Shown here: positions 1-13,834 of the stretch, piece by piece | How the letters are laid out: each line of letters starts with the position of its first letter | Numbering within the stretch: position 1 is the stretch's first letter | From: Convolutriloba macropyga | Taxonomy: Eukaryota | Assembly: GCF_964194025.1 (NCBI RefSeq) | Contig: NC_134471.1 | Span: forward strand, 26,164,001-26,228,000 | Length of the DNA: 64,000 nucleotides | Reading direction: 5' to 3' | Made by a program: the position numbers and the translations under genes | Notes under the pieces: generated by a model | Seen by the model: only the letters and a program-made list of their open reading frames with translations | What the model was told of the DNA's origin: nothing | Databases searched by the model: none

Positions 1-590
1 CTTCATTAAGTCATATAACGTACAAAATATAAGCGTTAGTTTGCACAAAGAATAGTTTTTAAGGGCCAGTGAATCCAGCAGAATGATGAACGATCTTTTC
101 GCTGATCTCGTTTGCCTCTAATTTCAATTTTGTTTTCTATTTTCTTCGTTCTCTAAAAAATATTTTTTCCTATCATGTGAATTGGGAATACCACATTTTT
201 ACAATTGGATTCAATTATGCGGAAATAGACAACAGTTAACAAAAAAATGTAATCTTTAAAGCCTCAGTTTGAATAATCAAATTGTTTCTTCACTTTCTTC
301 TCTAGATGTTTTTTAGCGTCTCTTGTGGATATGTTTTTGATTTGCGCGTTTTCTGCAACATTTTTTTTGGTTACACCAGAAACATCTTGAATTATATAAT
401 GTCGTTTAACCATAAATTGTATGTATTTTTGTCAAATCTGTATGATTGCACAAGTTATTGATCAAGTTGCAATTGATGAGTCACTAATCACAACAATAAC
501 AATAGTATCGCAATCTATTCTTTTTTCCTCTTCATGTTTTTCCAAACCAAATAAATGAAATGTATCAATACGCTAAATTTTCTGCTTCAG

Positions 591-608
591 GAGGCACCAC
601 ATGACGAG
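591..608 (+). CDS. Candidate 18-nt microexon (EAPHDE if phase 0) of an unidentified host gene
   Basis: ctaaattttctgcttcag|GAGGCACCACATGACGAG|gtaaca: canonical AG and GT, length a multiple of 3, TGC next to the acceptor, pyrimidine tract at ~517-543. No flanking exons identified. Confidence 0.3.
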
Positions 609-708
609 GTAACACTGCATTTTGGTGTTCTCTCGGTTCAGTATGTGTGTAAACAAAAAGTGTAAAAATGCACATACTTTTTTGTTTGTCTGTTCCGAAG
701 ACAATTTA

Positions 709-3700
709 TTATTATTGTTCCGGACCCCACTTTAGTGGGGAGGGAGGAACTATATAATCAACTGGGTTTATTTGTTCAGTCAATTTTGGCTGACCAATAT
801 ATTCATCGTAAAGAATAGTGAGTGGTATCATTTAAACGCCCGTCCAGCGTAGAAGACGGATCAAAAAAGATTTTTTCGATTTTTGTGTTTGACAGGCAGT
901 TATCGAGTTTTAAAGATTTGTGAACATTCGACTGTTTTTGTTCTCATTTTCAGTAATTTTTGCTAAAATTTGGCACACTTTCGCCAATATAATTCAAAAT
1001 AAGGTAAAATTTTTAACGGCAGAGTGTTTTTGTTACCGTAAGAGATAAGAGAGCGTTGCTGAATTGTTTGATTGACGTTTTTTTTGGCTAAATTTTTTGA
1101 TAAGATTTTCAAAATTCAATTTTTTTTAATCAAAAATGGCTCAAAAAATGCTTTTTGGTCGATTTTGTAAAAGTTTGCCAAACTCAGTGACCTAAAAACC
1201 CTTATCTCAAATAGAGCATTAGTTGCAATTAGGCGCCGTATGAAAGTCTTCTAGAACTAAAACTTCGCCGTTTTTTGCAGATTTAGTTCGATAATTCTAC
1301 AAAATGCATTTTTTCCAGATTTGAAGAATTGCACTCAACAATTTCCTCTAATTCGCAAATACTTGGAACAATTGGTCGGTTTACTGGGTGCATGGCAAAA
1401 TCAGGGAGAGGTTCAATAATATCATGCACTGTTAGAATCAGATACTTCTTGGTTTTTATTTTGATGCTACCTTTTTTCAAAATATTTTGCTTTTGTTTTT
1501 TTAATGTTAATTACTGACAATAGTTTTTATTCACCGCTCCGTTAATGACAGCTTCCATTTACATAAACTTGAGGCCAAATGAAGATACAGTTTGTTTTCA
1601 GAGAACCAAAGGGTTTTGATGGCTTTGAGGAAGAGTTTTAGTAAAATTTATCTGAATTCTTGTCTTTTGCCTTCAATTGTTATTCTTTTGGCTGTCTGAT
1701 TTTTAAGTTTAAACAATCAAAGATCTGATTTCCTCCTTAAGAGGTGCAATTGGACTTTTTCAATTCATTCGATTGTTACCTATTGTCTCTTATGTTATTG
1801 AATGTATTTGTTTAAAGGAAATTTATGTGATTTTTTGAACTTGACAATTTTTTATATTATTTTAGTCAATATATTGCTTTTTCTCAATAGGTACATGTCA
1901 GCCTTTCCTTCTCATAGAAAATAAAATAATTTTGTGGCCGGTTGTGTTAAGAGAAGGTTTTCTTGCTTTTGGTACTACGAGTTTTCATAAAAAGTTTTCT
2001 TGTTTTTGTGCATAATTGCCAATTTTTCCTGTTGTTTTTGTTTATTTTTTAAATTGTCATATTATTTAACAATCTAATTTAAAAAAACTTTAAAACATTC
2101 AAAAGTGAACATTTTTTGTTTTCATAACATATGGTTTGAAAGGATGCGACACCGTTCTCTTGAAAAAATGGTAGAGTTTCTTTATTTTTGCCCTTTATTT
2201 GTTGTTAATTTTTGTTGTCAAATGCCGAATATTGTGTAATTAAAGGTCTTAGCGGCCAACTAAAGATAAACAAGGGAACTTAAATAACTCATATCAGTAT
2301 ATTTCTAATGGTTGTTTTGACTATAGAATTAAATTTCTAAAAAAAAAGAGTAATAGTATTCTTCAATTTATCCCTTTTGTTCTGGTCTGCGTTTTCGTTG
2401 GAATTTTACAATATTGTACAATTTTCGTAAATTTGTCCCATTATTTAGAGCTCTTTTTAATGTTTTGTTGAATCAAACAATAGTTTTTCTGTTATTTAAA
2501 CTTTTTAAATGATGTCTACAGGGCTTAGAAATTTGTTTCAGAAGAATTTTGTGAAGTTTAGATAATTTTTAGATTTTGTGGGTTTTTTGTTGTCATTTTG
2601 TGGTAGTTGTTTCACAAAAAGATTTTATGATGATCAAAGGAGACGCAATTGAAGAAGTTATGTTTTCGCGGTTAATATCTGATAAATTTAATTGCTTCAA
2701 AATTGTGGTTTCGTAAAGTTGTTTGTGAAACTTATCTGTTAAGCTTGCAATTAATGTTATTTTATGGTCTTATAATTTAATCTCATCAATAACAATTGCA
2801 ATCAATTTTCCGAGTAGTTTCAAGACAAACTGTCTTTTAATTTAGTCGAAAGCTTTTGTCGCTTATGGTTTTTGAAAATATTTGTTTTTAATATAAAAAA
2901 GAGATACATTTTTGAGATCTGCAAATTTTTGTTTTTGTTAATTTGTAGCTAAGCATCTCTATATACAATTCACATCATTGATCTTTTGAAATAGAAATTT
3001 CTCTTCTTAACGGTTTTTTTTGTTCAAATGTTCTTTCCTCTTGGATCAACAATGTTCATAAAACCAATTTTCATGATTTTTGCAAATTTGCCTCTTTTTT
3101 GTAGGTTTTCGTTTTCTTTTCACAGTATCACAATAATGGGCGTCATTTGGCTTACGAATATTGTCATCTGCAAAAAATGAAAACGAAGATTTTTTTGTTT
3201 ATAGTGATCAGCTCAATATTTAATTGATTGGGGGGACATCGTTTTGCATAATTTTTCGAGTAAATTTTTCGTTTTTGCCTGTATTTGTCGTTCTTTTTAT
3301 AGCCGTATGACATATCCTGAATAATGAAAGGCCTCAGTTGCTCTCTATTGAGGTATAAAAGACTCTCTACAAGATTTATTTGATGCGTAATGTTTCTAAT
3401 CAATTCGAATTTAATTCTTTTTCCAAAAAAAGCAATGTTTTAATTAACTTATGCCGCTTTTGCTCATTTCTAGTCGACTTGTTGCCAAGTCGCATTGAGG
3501 AAAAGTCTCATATTTTGTTCCAAAAAGTGCCGGTTAATCCTCTTAGTATAAATTTCATCTGATGCCATTTTGATTTGGCTATTAGTGGTTTTCAAAAAAT
3601 GGACAAGAGTTTTGGACGTAATTAATATTTGTAACTATTTGATTTTCATTGCCGTCTTTTTGGTAGTCATATTATGGTAGCCACAGGTCTTATAGGCCCT

Positions 3701-3860
3701 TTAGAGTAGATTGTTTTACTCTTTCAGTAGTTTGTTGAACGATGTGTTGATATGTTAATTTTTTTTATCTCTTCCTCATGTGGTAGACAATTAAGTGAAA
3801 AATGTAGATGAGCGGGGTGGGAACTTAATGTGCGAGCGCACATTACCGAGCCTCCTTGTT
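709..3860 (+). mobile_element. Non-autonomous Helentron/HINE (DINE-1-like) element, copy 1
   Basis: 5' ttattattgttccggaccccac with overlapping hairpin ccccac-ttta-gtgggg. 3' sub-terminal inverted copy gcggggtgggaac (3812-3824), then perfect hairpin taatgtgcg-ag-cgcacatta (3826-3845) and end ctccttgtt in a T-rich site. Collinear diverged copy at 56358-59353. Confidence 0.7.
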
Positions 3861-4299
3861 ATTATTTTAATCTCTTATGTTTATACTCAGGAGCAATTAG
3901 CTTGATTTTGATATTTTGGCCTGAAAATCTCAGCGCACTGGTCTATTTTCTCTATGTTATGTTTTGTGAAGTTCAATTACTCAAATTTGAAATGAACATT
4001 TGATCATTTTTAAGTAGTTGTCAATGGGAGCGAGTTCATTTGCAAACAATAGAAGCCGAACTAATAGTACTTCTGCAAAATAAAAACAAGCTTCGAGACC
4101 CATCTTCAAATACAAAAAGGTTAATTGTTTTCTCTGAAGCACTTTTCAATTAGACCTGCATACAGATCAATCTTTAAGATTTAACCTTAATCTAACCTGA
4201 ATTTTAGGATAATTAAAACACTTGTAACTCTTCAAGGGAATTTTCTTTTTGGGGCAGCAAATTTGCAAATTTTTAAATAATTCTAGTGCTTTATGTTAG

Positions 4300-4860
4300 T
4301 GTCATCTTTGTAAACAATTGTTAAACTGACTTACGGTTTTGTTGGTTGTAGCTGACTGCCCAGAGTATTTCAGTACTGAACCTGCATATTTCAACCTGCA
4401 TCTACAAGCTACGTAATGCCTGGCTCTAGTGAAATTTGGCATTGAACTCATATTTTTATGAAGAAATCAATCAATCTGCGTCGTTGATATAATCTACTGA
4501 TACTACGGAGTTTAGTGGTTACACGCAGAGTAAGCCTTGGACATGTTCGAAACGCGTCGACGAAAATTGGTCGCATTCTACACAAGAGGTTTTTAATTCT
4601 TTTCTGAACTCGACCGATATTGCAGAACATTTTCGAAGATTCTGCTGCAGATCTCACTTCTGCTGATACCCAATCAAAACAAAAAACTTGAGAACTGTCA
4701 GATGTTTCATGAAAGTTTTAATTGCGTTTAGGTAAGTCAGAAATATTTAATTCGGTGTTTTCCTCATTGAAATGACAAAAAATTTCAGCAGAAAAAATCT
4801 TCAGAAAGCGGACTGTTTGACAAATTTGACCAAGTTATCGATAAGAAGAAACGATAAAAA
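4300..4860 (-). mobile_element. Decayed CR1-like LINE ORF2 C-terminal fragment
   Basis: Minus ORF 4448-4657 reads NIGRVQKRIKNLL...LRSISRLYQRRRLIDFFIKI, matching the CR1 post-RT pattern (lE.VQrr.tk ... L.sl..RR...Dli..yKi). ITWS near 4830. Boundaries approximate. Confidence 0.45.
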
Positions 4861-4899
4861 AAAATGTGGTAGGAGCGACTACAGACCATTTTTCCCAGC

Positions 4900-7800
4900 A
4901 AGCAGCAATTCAAAGTTTTCAACAAATTCTAAATTGTATTCTTGATCTTCTGGTTTTCAGTGTTAGCAGTGAACATTATTATGCATTTCTTTTCACACCT
5001 TTTCCAGTACAAAAAAATAATTGTCCTGTATGGGCTTTTTGGGTAGGTGGCCCAAGGCAGGTGGGCTTTGCAAACGTACATTTTTTGGCGAGCAATTTGT
5101 TGAACACAGCATTAATCTCAGTTGATAGACGAACTCGATTATAAAAATTGTGCTCTTATTATATCGGAAAAAAAAGAAGATTTCCGACTGCAGTTTGACT
5201 TCTAGACTAAAGGTTTGCATGAAATCTAACTGATCGGAGCACTTGACTTCACTTGTTCGGATTCTTCCACGCCTTTGCATTGACACCAGGTCAGCTGGTA
5301 GAAGCATTTGCGGAACTTCTTATGAGTTGTGCAGATAGTCTCCAGTTTCATCTGAACAATTTGATCTAAGCATGCTGATAAATCTATCCTCAAGAAAATG
5401 AGCCCTGACTCCGCATGGTCAGGGTCTACATTGAATTAAAATCAAAAATAAATCAAAATTTTTTAGAAGTTATGTTAACTAAACTGACAGTAGTATTGCT
5501 GAAATTGAGGAAAACTGGAACTTTCACAGAGATTTTTTATTTCGATTTCGCCAAACAATCTTTTTAACGGTAATTTAGCAAAATAAGATTATCAGGCGAC
5601 TAATTAAAAAGATCATTGGTCAAAAAGATCATTTAGGTGGTATTGATATTTTCTCAGCTTGGTTTTTCGTTGCTCAATAAGTTTGTTAATAAATATGCCG
5701 CAGGAGAATTTAAGAAATTCTGACCAAAATATAGCAGAAATTTTTTCAAAGATATCTCATTTTGACTGAACGAGTTTCGTTAATTTGATAGCTTTGAAAT
5801 TTGATTGATAGTCACGAATATTTTGGAGTTGCTGTCGTCCGCGTATAATGCATAACGTAGTTTTATTTTAGCGTTTTATTTTTCAACAACTTTCTTCGAA
5901 TGCCTGTAAAAAAATTTTGGTGACCAGTAAAATTGTATCACACTGTGCTCTCAATTATTGAACTGACGCCAAAGTTTCGTTGCAACAGGCACTCACACAC
6001 GTTGCAGCTACTCTCAGGTTGTTGGGAATTGACAGCTTTTAAGCACAAAACTCACCGATTATGGAGCATTAGTAAGAATATATTTGCATTACAGTTTGAT
6101 GGTCTGCTTAATTGTTGTGGCCGTGGTGGCTTTAGCAAAATTTTGTTTTAATATTTTTGCGAAAGTTTGTATCAGGGGTTTTATGAGTACAAGAAGCAGT
6201 CTCATCTTTTTCATCTTCGGTCCTCAACAATCACCCAATGTGGTTCTATGTATCTTCACACGGGGCCAAAAAAAACAAGCAAACAGAACTGAGGTATCTT
6301 AAAAAATGCAATTCGACCACAAAATAGCATGCAGACGAAGAGAAAAGACATAATGAGTTAATTTTTTATGGTATAAGTGGAACATATTTTGTTTTGTTTA
6401 ATTTACACGAGTTCAGACATCAGGACAGCTTCCAGAAGCATGATACTAGACGGTGCAGAAAAACAGTGTCCCCAGGTGTAATTGGATCTTTGAGTGTATA
6501 CTCATTGTCAAAAATATTTTTCACACTTTTTAGAGATAAAATAACAACAATTTTGCTTCCAAGATTGATGAAGGCAACGAGTGAAGCGAACTCAATAGCC
6601 ATTTGGATGTAGATTGGAGCCGCCCAAATACCTCAGAATCAAATTTGAGCGAAAATCGATTTCGTAACAGTTCCAGATACAAATCAATTACAGACTTATT
6701 TAAATGAAAGATGCCCAAACAAACACTCCCTGATGCCGGAACGAACTCAAATAAGCACGCAATTTCTTTGAAAAACCGATGCAAAGAAATTTAGTGGACC
6801 TCAAAATAATTGTGGGTTTTTATTAGATTAAATACTTCGAGCACATGCCATCATGCCGAAGCCAGGCAAAATAATGGTTTCAGTAGATAGGAACCTCAAA
6901 GATGCTGAATTTTGCAATAGCTGAAACAGGAAAACGCTCGAGGCATTAGATGATCGGACACAGCGATTGAAAAAAAATATTAGTTATATAAAACTCATCA
7001 GAAAATTCAGAACGCAAAGGATAGTAGAGTCACCTATTACAACTCAAGTGGAGTAGAAAAAACGGAGAGATTGTGCAAATCAAAATGAAACATCGAGACA
7101 GGACAACGCTACTCCGAGTAACACTAAACCACATGATTAGCTATCGTCATTGAATAATAGTACACACTGCAGTACCCCGGGTCCTTTGCGAACAAGCAGT
7201 GAAAGAGATGACTTGGTACCTACAAAGATTTTTGTCATTTGATTTGATGCAAAGAGCTACTGAACAGAAGTGGTAGGAGACGAAGTAAAGTAGCCACTAA
7301 TTTTCCTGATTTCTGTGAAATGTTAGAACACGTTTCATTCTGAGTGAGGGTACCGTTGCAAAGTAGGGCAATGTGATTTAAAAAACAGACACAATTTTTA
7401 TTTCGAAAAGTGGCGCAAACGAAAAAAAATATCAAAGCTCTCCAAGCTATCGAGACTAGGGACAAGCTCAGATTTTAAACAAAAATGACCTCCGTCCTGA
7501 CAAATAGGCTTGCCACGTGAATCTGAGTTGCATTGATCTTCTGCACACAAAAAATAAACATACCTTATGTCCGGGTATTTAAGCTAGAGAAACTTCTTAA
7601 ATTGAGAGTGTGTATAAAACATGTTTGCGTCAGAGTTTTCAAGATTCTACTGAAATGTCCCCCATTTTTGTCGAATTTCAATCAGACTTATTCTCCACTC
7701 CTTGCCTACAAGCAAAACAAATCAGACTGGGTAGAGTTCACAAGAGCTTTTAGTTTGAGTATAGCCAGTTCACTACTAATTACTCCAAATTCATACAATA

Positions 7801-8250
7801 GGTTTTGTTTCACTTTTGTAGCTTTGTTAGGTTTCGAATCAAAAAGATAAAATTTCGCTCTTTTGAGACATTTTCAATTAGAAAAGTCGTTTGAACATGA
7901 CTACGAGGGCAGTTTTTGATGGGGCCAAAAAATCGACCAATTTTGCACCCTTCTTTCATGGGTGCTAATCAATGCTCTGCCTCCCATCCATCTCAATTTG
8001 TAGCTTGCGCTGATTAATATAAATTTCAAGAGAAACTCAGAACAGAGTTTGCTCTGAGTCCAAGGTGCTTGACTCAGTGCGAACTGCTTAGACTATACGC
8101 CTAGCTAACCGCCTCCAACAGCTCTGGGAGTAGTAATACAGGGACGCCAAAAGGATGTTGCGGAAAGCTTCTGTGCACTGGATTATTAAACCTCCTCCGA
8201 AGGTGTTTCTCTTGGAATAGCACCCAAAAATCCCCATAAAGCAAAAAATG
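4900..8250 (-). mobile_element. Heavily decayed CR1/L2-group LINE ORF2 (reverse transcriptase region)
   Basis: Minus-strand motifs in the expected order: AAPIY (~6605-6625, cf. v.PIyK), NFAKA (6128-6142, cf. DFAKAFD), LYADDS (YADD at 5834-5845), DLVSMQRR (~5270-5295), FYNRV (~5133-5147). Many stops and frameshifts. Confidence 0.7.
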
Positions 8251-10757
8251 CTCTGTGTGTCACGAAAGAAGTTTTAATTAGACATGAGCCAAACGGTATA
8301 TACTCTTCAAAACTATGGAGCCCTAAGCTAGTTATCTGGTCTTCATGGCTTGGAATTTTCTGCACTTTAGGTCCGCGTACAAAACATTTATTAGTCCTTT
8401 CAAAGGACTATTGCCCTTAAATAAAACAGAAGCCTGACTATTGCCAGTTTAAACATATGAAAAAATTATGGTGTCAGTTTTCAACAGGTAACATGACGAA
8501 TTGTATTGCAAGGAGCAGATTAAAAAAAACTGTCAATTATACAGAATAATGAAATTGCCAATTTAGCCTATAACAAGTAATGCGATTTATAACCAAAGTT
8601 CCTCCCGAGTGATAGACTTTTAAAAGGTGTCAGAATTGCCATGTGAGCTTGATGGTAAGCTAATAGTCACCACTTCAATGTAGCCCGAATAAATTAAAAG
8701 AGTCCCCAATAAAACCAGACTTTGAGCTCTACCACAATGAATGATTTTCTAGCTGATCTCGCTTGGTTTTTTTGCGATAAGGGTAAATCAGTTCAGCACC
8801 GATCCAGAGCTTCACTTGGAAACAACGCTTCAGTGCTTTGTGATGTACTTGTAAACTCGCCATGCACAAAAGGTAGATACGAACGATAGCCAGAGTCAAA
8901 AAATCAAATTAAATCGTTTTTATTATCAGAAAAAAACGTGCCCCGGATTCTTTTCCTAATATGCCATTCAAAAAGAGGTTTTAAATGCGGCTACACACAA
9001 AGACTGTAAGATCAGAAAGAAGTTTCAATTCTTACAGGTTTCCAGTTTGTTGAATTATAATTTCTAATTGTGAAGCTAGCTGTATTTCAGCTAAAACAGT
9101 AGGAACTTCGGCATGGGAAAGTGGAATATTGCAAAGGCAATAAAATTGATGAAACTCAACGCTCGCCAGAAAAAGTGAGCTCCATTCTCTACTGTGTCAC
9201 GAAAAAAGTTTTAGTTAGAAATTAGGCGAACGGTATTCAACTCTTCAATGTGTTGGAGCCCAGATGGTCGCAACGCCAACAATCTGATCTTCTTGGCTTG
9301 GGATTCTTTAGTCTTGAAGTCTGCTTACAAAATATTTTTGAGTCCCTCAAGGGAGCATTGCCCTTAAATTCTTAACAGAAGCTTGAGTGTTCTCATTTTT
9401 AATATACGAAAAAACTTTTTTGTCAGCTTTAAAAACATAACATGAACAATTTGTATTGCAAGAAGCAAATAGAAAAAAAACAAACTGTCAATTAAATAAA
9501 ACAATGAGACTGCAATTCTCGCATATAAAAATTTTTGGCAATGTATAATTAAAGTCCTCCCGAAATATAGATTTTCTAAAGGTATCAAAAATTGCAAATG
9601 AGCTTTATGGTAAGCTTATAGTCGTCCCTTCATTGTAGCCCGAATAAATTAAGCGAGCCCCGAATAAAACCAGACATTAAGTTCTACTACGAAGAATGGT
9701 TTTCTACCTGACCTCGCTTGATTTCTCCTGTTTACGTTTTTGTGCAGAAAATTGACGAGAAAATATGCAAAGTAAACCCAAGTTTTAAGTCTGTTTGATT
9801 TTTTTCCGTTTTGACCTCAGGACATTAAATGAGGGAAAAAAAGTGGGTAACCTTTGATTTCAAAAATTTTGAAAACTGAGGAGCTTCAATTTATTCAATA
9901 TCGTTAGGATAGTATTTTGTTAGCAGCAAAAATGTACATTCTAATGTTACTTTTTCCGAAAACCTAGTTATTTTGCTGGAGAGCCTCCATTTCAAATGGG
10001 TTATCGGACAACTGTATGTTTACAGCCAAATTGAGTTTATGCAGGAACATTTTCACTGTTACATATATATTAAAAAACGCTACAATGTTGTTTCTTCATG
10101 TAAAATTTTGCTATTCGTTTTTTTATCAAATTGGTTTTATGATACAAAAAATTTACTTCCAATGTTTTGAATTGTTTAGTAAATGTTGCTTTTTCTGAAA
10201 AAAGACCAAAAATGGGCTAAATAATTGAGCTAAATTGCTGCTGCTGAAACAAATAAGACACTTATTGGGCAATACAAAGATTCATTAGTCGTTTCAAAAG
10301 ACTATTGCCCTTAAATTTTCAACAGAAGCCTGACAATTGTCAGTTTCATAATCTGAAACAAATTATGTTGTCAGCTTTCAAAAAGCAACATAACGATTTT
10401 CATTGCATCAAGCAGATTGAGAAACAAACTGTCAATTGTGTGAAAAATTGGAATTGCCAGTTCTGTCTGTATAAAGTAATGCAATGTGTAACCAAAATTC
10501 CTCCCAAGTTGTAGATTTTTCAAAGGTATCAAAAGTTGCCACATGAGCTTGATAGTAAGCTAAAAGTCAGCCCTTTATTGTAGTCCAGAAAGTTCAGAGA
10601 GCCCCCAATGAACCCTAGACATTGATTTTTACCACAAAAATTGTTCTTCTAGCTGATATTGTTTGATTTCTCTATGATAAGGGTAAATCAGTTCAGCACA
10701 GATCCGAATATTCACTTGGGAACAAAAGCATCAGTTGTTTTTGTTGTAATTGTACAA

Positions 10758-12535
10758 TTCGCCCTACACAAAAGGGAGAAAAAAACGATAGTTAGATTTA
10801 AAAACTCCGTTTACAACATTTTTTTATCAGGAAAAACGTGCCTAAAATTGTTTTCCTAATAATTCATTCAAGGCAAATTTTAAATTACATACACAAAGAC
10901 TGTAAGATCAAAAAGAAGTCCAGTTTCCTACAGGATTCCATTATGTTGAATTATGCATACTAATTTCAAAGCTATATTTACTTGAGCTAAAATAGTAAGG
11001 ACATTGGCCTGGGAATGTGAAATATTGCAGAAATATTAAAATTGCTTAAACTTGACGCGCGACACGAAATTTTAGCTCCATCGTGACATGACAAAAATGA
11101 AAGTGTTTTTCTAATGCTTTTATGGGGACAATATTAAAGAAACATCAAATCGTCCTCATAAGTATTCCACGTTTCACAAAATTAAGTGTTTCAGAAAAAT
11201 GTTGATTAGATCTGAGAAATCATTTTCAAAGAGCAAAAGTCTTGTGAGTGTTCTTCAAAATTGAGACCAAAAATTTAACTCAAAATAATTATCGTTCAGT
11301 TCATATTAAATGGTTTTACCCACTTTGAGCTGGGTAGCTGACTGATAATTTTCTTTTAATCTAAGTTAACATACTTGAAGTATTCTGAGCGGATCAATTC
11401 CCATCTTAAAATTCTCATCATAAATGTCTTGTTTATGGTGGTATGCACGAAGTTGCCCACAAAAAAATTCAGCAAAACGAACCCAAGTTTTTGTTCTGCT
11501 GGCAGTTTTCTTCTCTCTTTTAACCTCACGCTCTTATTGAGGAAACATTTTTGAGTAATCATTGGTTTGCAAAATTATTAAAAAACTGACATTTTCAATT
11601 TTTTTAAATATCGTTACGTTAGTTTTTAGCTGCAAAAAGATATATAGTTCGCCCTACACAAAAGGGAGAAAAAAACGATAGTTAGTTTTAAAAAATCCGT
11701 TTACAACGTTTTTTTATCAAGAAAAACGTGCCTAAGATTGTTTTCCTAATAATTCATTCAAGGCAAATTTTAAATTACATACACAAAGACTGCAAGATCA
11801 AAAAGAAGTCCAGTTTCCTACAGGATTCCATTATGTTGAATTATGCACACTAATTTCAAAGCTATATTTACTTGAGCTAAAATAGTAAAGACATTGGTCA
11901 GGGAATGTGAAATATTGCAGAAATATTAAAATTGCTTAAACTTGACGCGCGACACGAAATTTGAGCTCCATCGTGACATGACAAAAAATGAAAGTGTTTT
12001 TCTAATGCCTTTCTGGGGACAATATTAAAGAAACATCAAATCGTCTTCATAAGTAATCCACATTTCACAAACTTAAGTGTTTCAGATAAATGTTGATTAG
12101 ATCTGAAAAATCATTTTCAAAGAGCAAAAGTGTTGTGAGTGTTCTTCAAAATTGAGACCAAAAATTTAACTCAAAATAATTATCGTTCAGTTCATGTTAA
12201 ATGGTTTTACCCACTTTGAGCTGGGAAGCTGACTGATAATTTTCTTTTAATTTAAGTTAACATACTTGAAGTATTCTGAGCGGATCAATTCCCATCTTAA
12301 AATTCTCATTATAAATGTCTTGTTTATGGTGGTATGCACAAAGTTGCCCACAAAAATGCATTAAAACGAACCCAAGTTTTTGTTCTGCTGGAAGTTTTCT
12401 TCTCTCTTTTAACCTCACGCTCTTATTGAGGAAACTTTTTTGAGTAATCATTGGTTTGCAAAATTTTTAAAAAACTGACATTTTCAATTTTTTTTAAATA
12501 TCGTTACGATAGTTTTTAGCTGCAAAAAGATATAT
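10758..12535. repeat. Near-identical ~890-bp tandem duplication inside the array
   Basis: ttcgccctacacaaaagggaga at 10758 and 11648; both units end in tttttagctgcaaaaagatatat. Confidence 0.9.
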
Positions 12536-13834
12536 TGTAATGTTACTTTTTCCAAAATTTTATTTGTTTTCCTATACAACTTGATACATAACGGAATGTA
12601 TTGAAATTTTTGAGATTAGGAAAGACTTGACGAGTGTTAGATTTGTTTAATTGCATTTCTATTCGAACTTCTAATTTAAATGGGTTATTGAAAAACTGTA
12701 GGTTTACAGTCAACTTGAGTTTATGCAGGAACATCTTCACTGTTACCTATACATTGAAAAATGCTACAAAGTTTATCTTTTATAAAACTTTGTTATTCGG
12801 CTTTTACTAAATTGATTAGATGATACGAAAAATTTACTCTACTTCTTTTGAATTGTTTCATTTTGTCACTTTTCAACTGTGTCATTTTTTCCTGAAGACA
12901 ACTAAAATGGGCATATAATTGAGCTAAATTGCCATTTGTTAGGCAAATAAGACATTAGTTTAGCGGTACACAGTCTTATGAGCTCTTTCAAAGGATTATT
13001 GCCCTTAAATTCTCAACAGAATCCTGACTGTTGTCAGTTTCAATATATGAAAAAAATTATGTTGTCAGCTTCCAAAAAGTAACATGACAATTTTCAATGC
13101 AAGGAGCAGATTTAAAAACAAGCTGTCAATTTTGTGAATAATAGAAATTGTCGGTTTTTTCTAAAAAAGGTAATGCAATGTGTAACCAAAGTTCCTACCG
13201 AATTGTAGTATTTTCAAAAGTATCAAAAGTTTCCACATGATCTTGATGGTAAACGAATAGTCAGCCCTTCACTGTTGTCCAAAAAAATTCAGAGAGCCCC
13301 CCATAAACCCTGAATTTGTTATCTTGCACGAATGAAAGTCTTTTAGTTGATCTCGCTTGATTTCTCTGTGATAAGGGTAATTCAGTTCAACACAGATTTA
13401 CTGCTTCACTTGGAAACAAGGCTTCAGTAGTTTTTGTTGTAATTCCACAATTCGCCATGCAGAAAATGGAGATAAAAACTTTATTCAGAGTAAAACAAAT
13501 TCTGTTTTCAATATTTTTATTAATACGAAAACACGTATCCTGGATTGTTTTCCTAATAAGCCATTCGAGGCGATTTTTTAAATGCAACTACACAAAAAGA
13601 CTGAAAGATCAGAAAGAATTTTGTTTTTTACGGGATTTCGATCTGTTGAATTATACACACTAACTTTAGATCAATCTGAATTTTAGCCAAAATGAAAGCA
13701 ACATTGGTTTGCAAATGTGACACATTGCGAAAACATTAAAATTGTTGAAACTCAACGCACGCCACGAAGTTTGAGCTCCATTCTCTGCTGTGTCTCAAAA
13801 AATTTTTGCGTGAGACATGAGGTGACCGGTGCTC

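Noticed and set aside
1283-3403. RT/endonuclease remnants inside the Helentron-like element (KYL..., FGLKF, RPFIIQD)
   Set aside because: The motifs are short, are not preserved in copy 2, and no YADD-like core was found.
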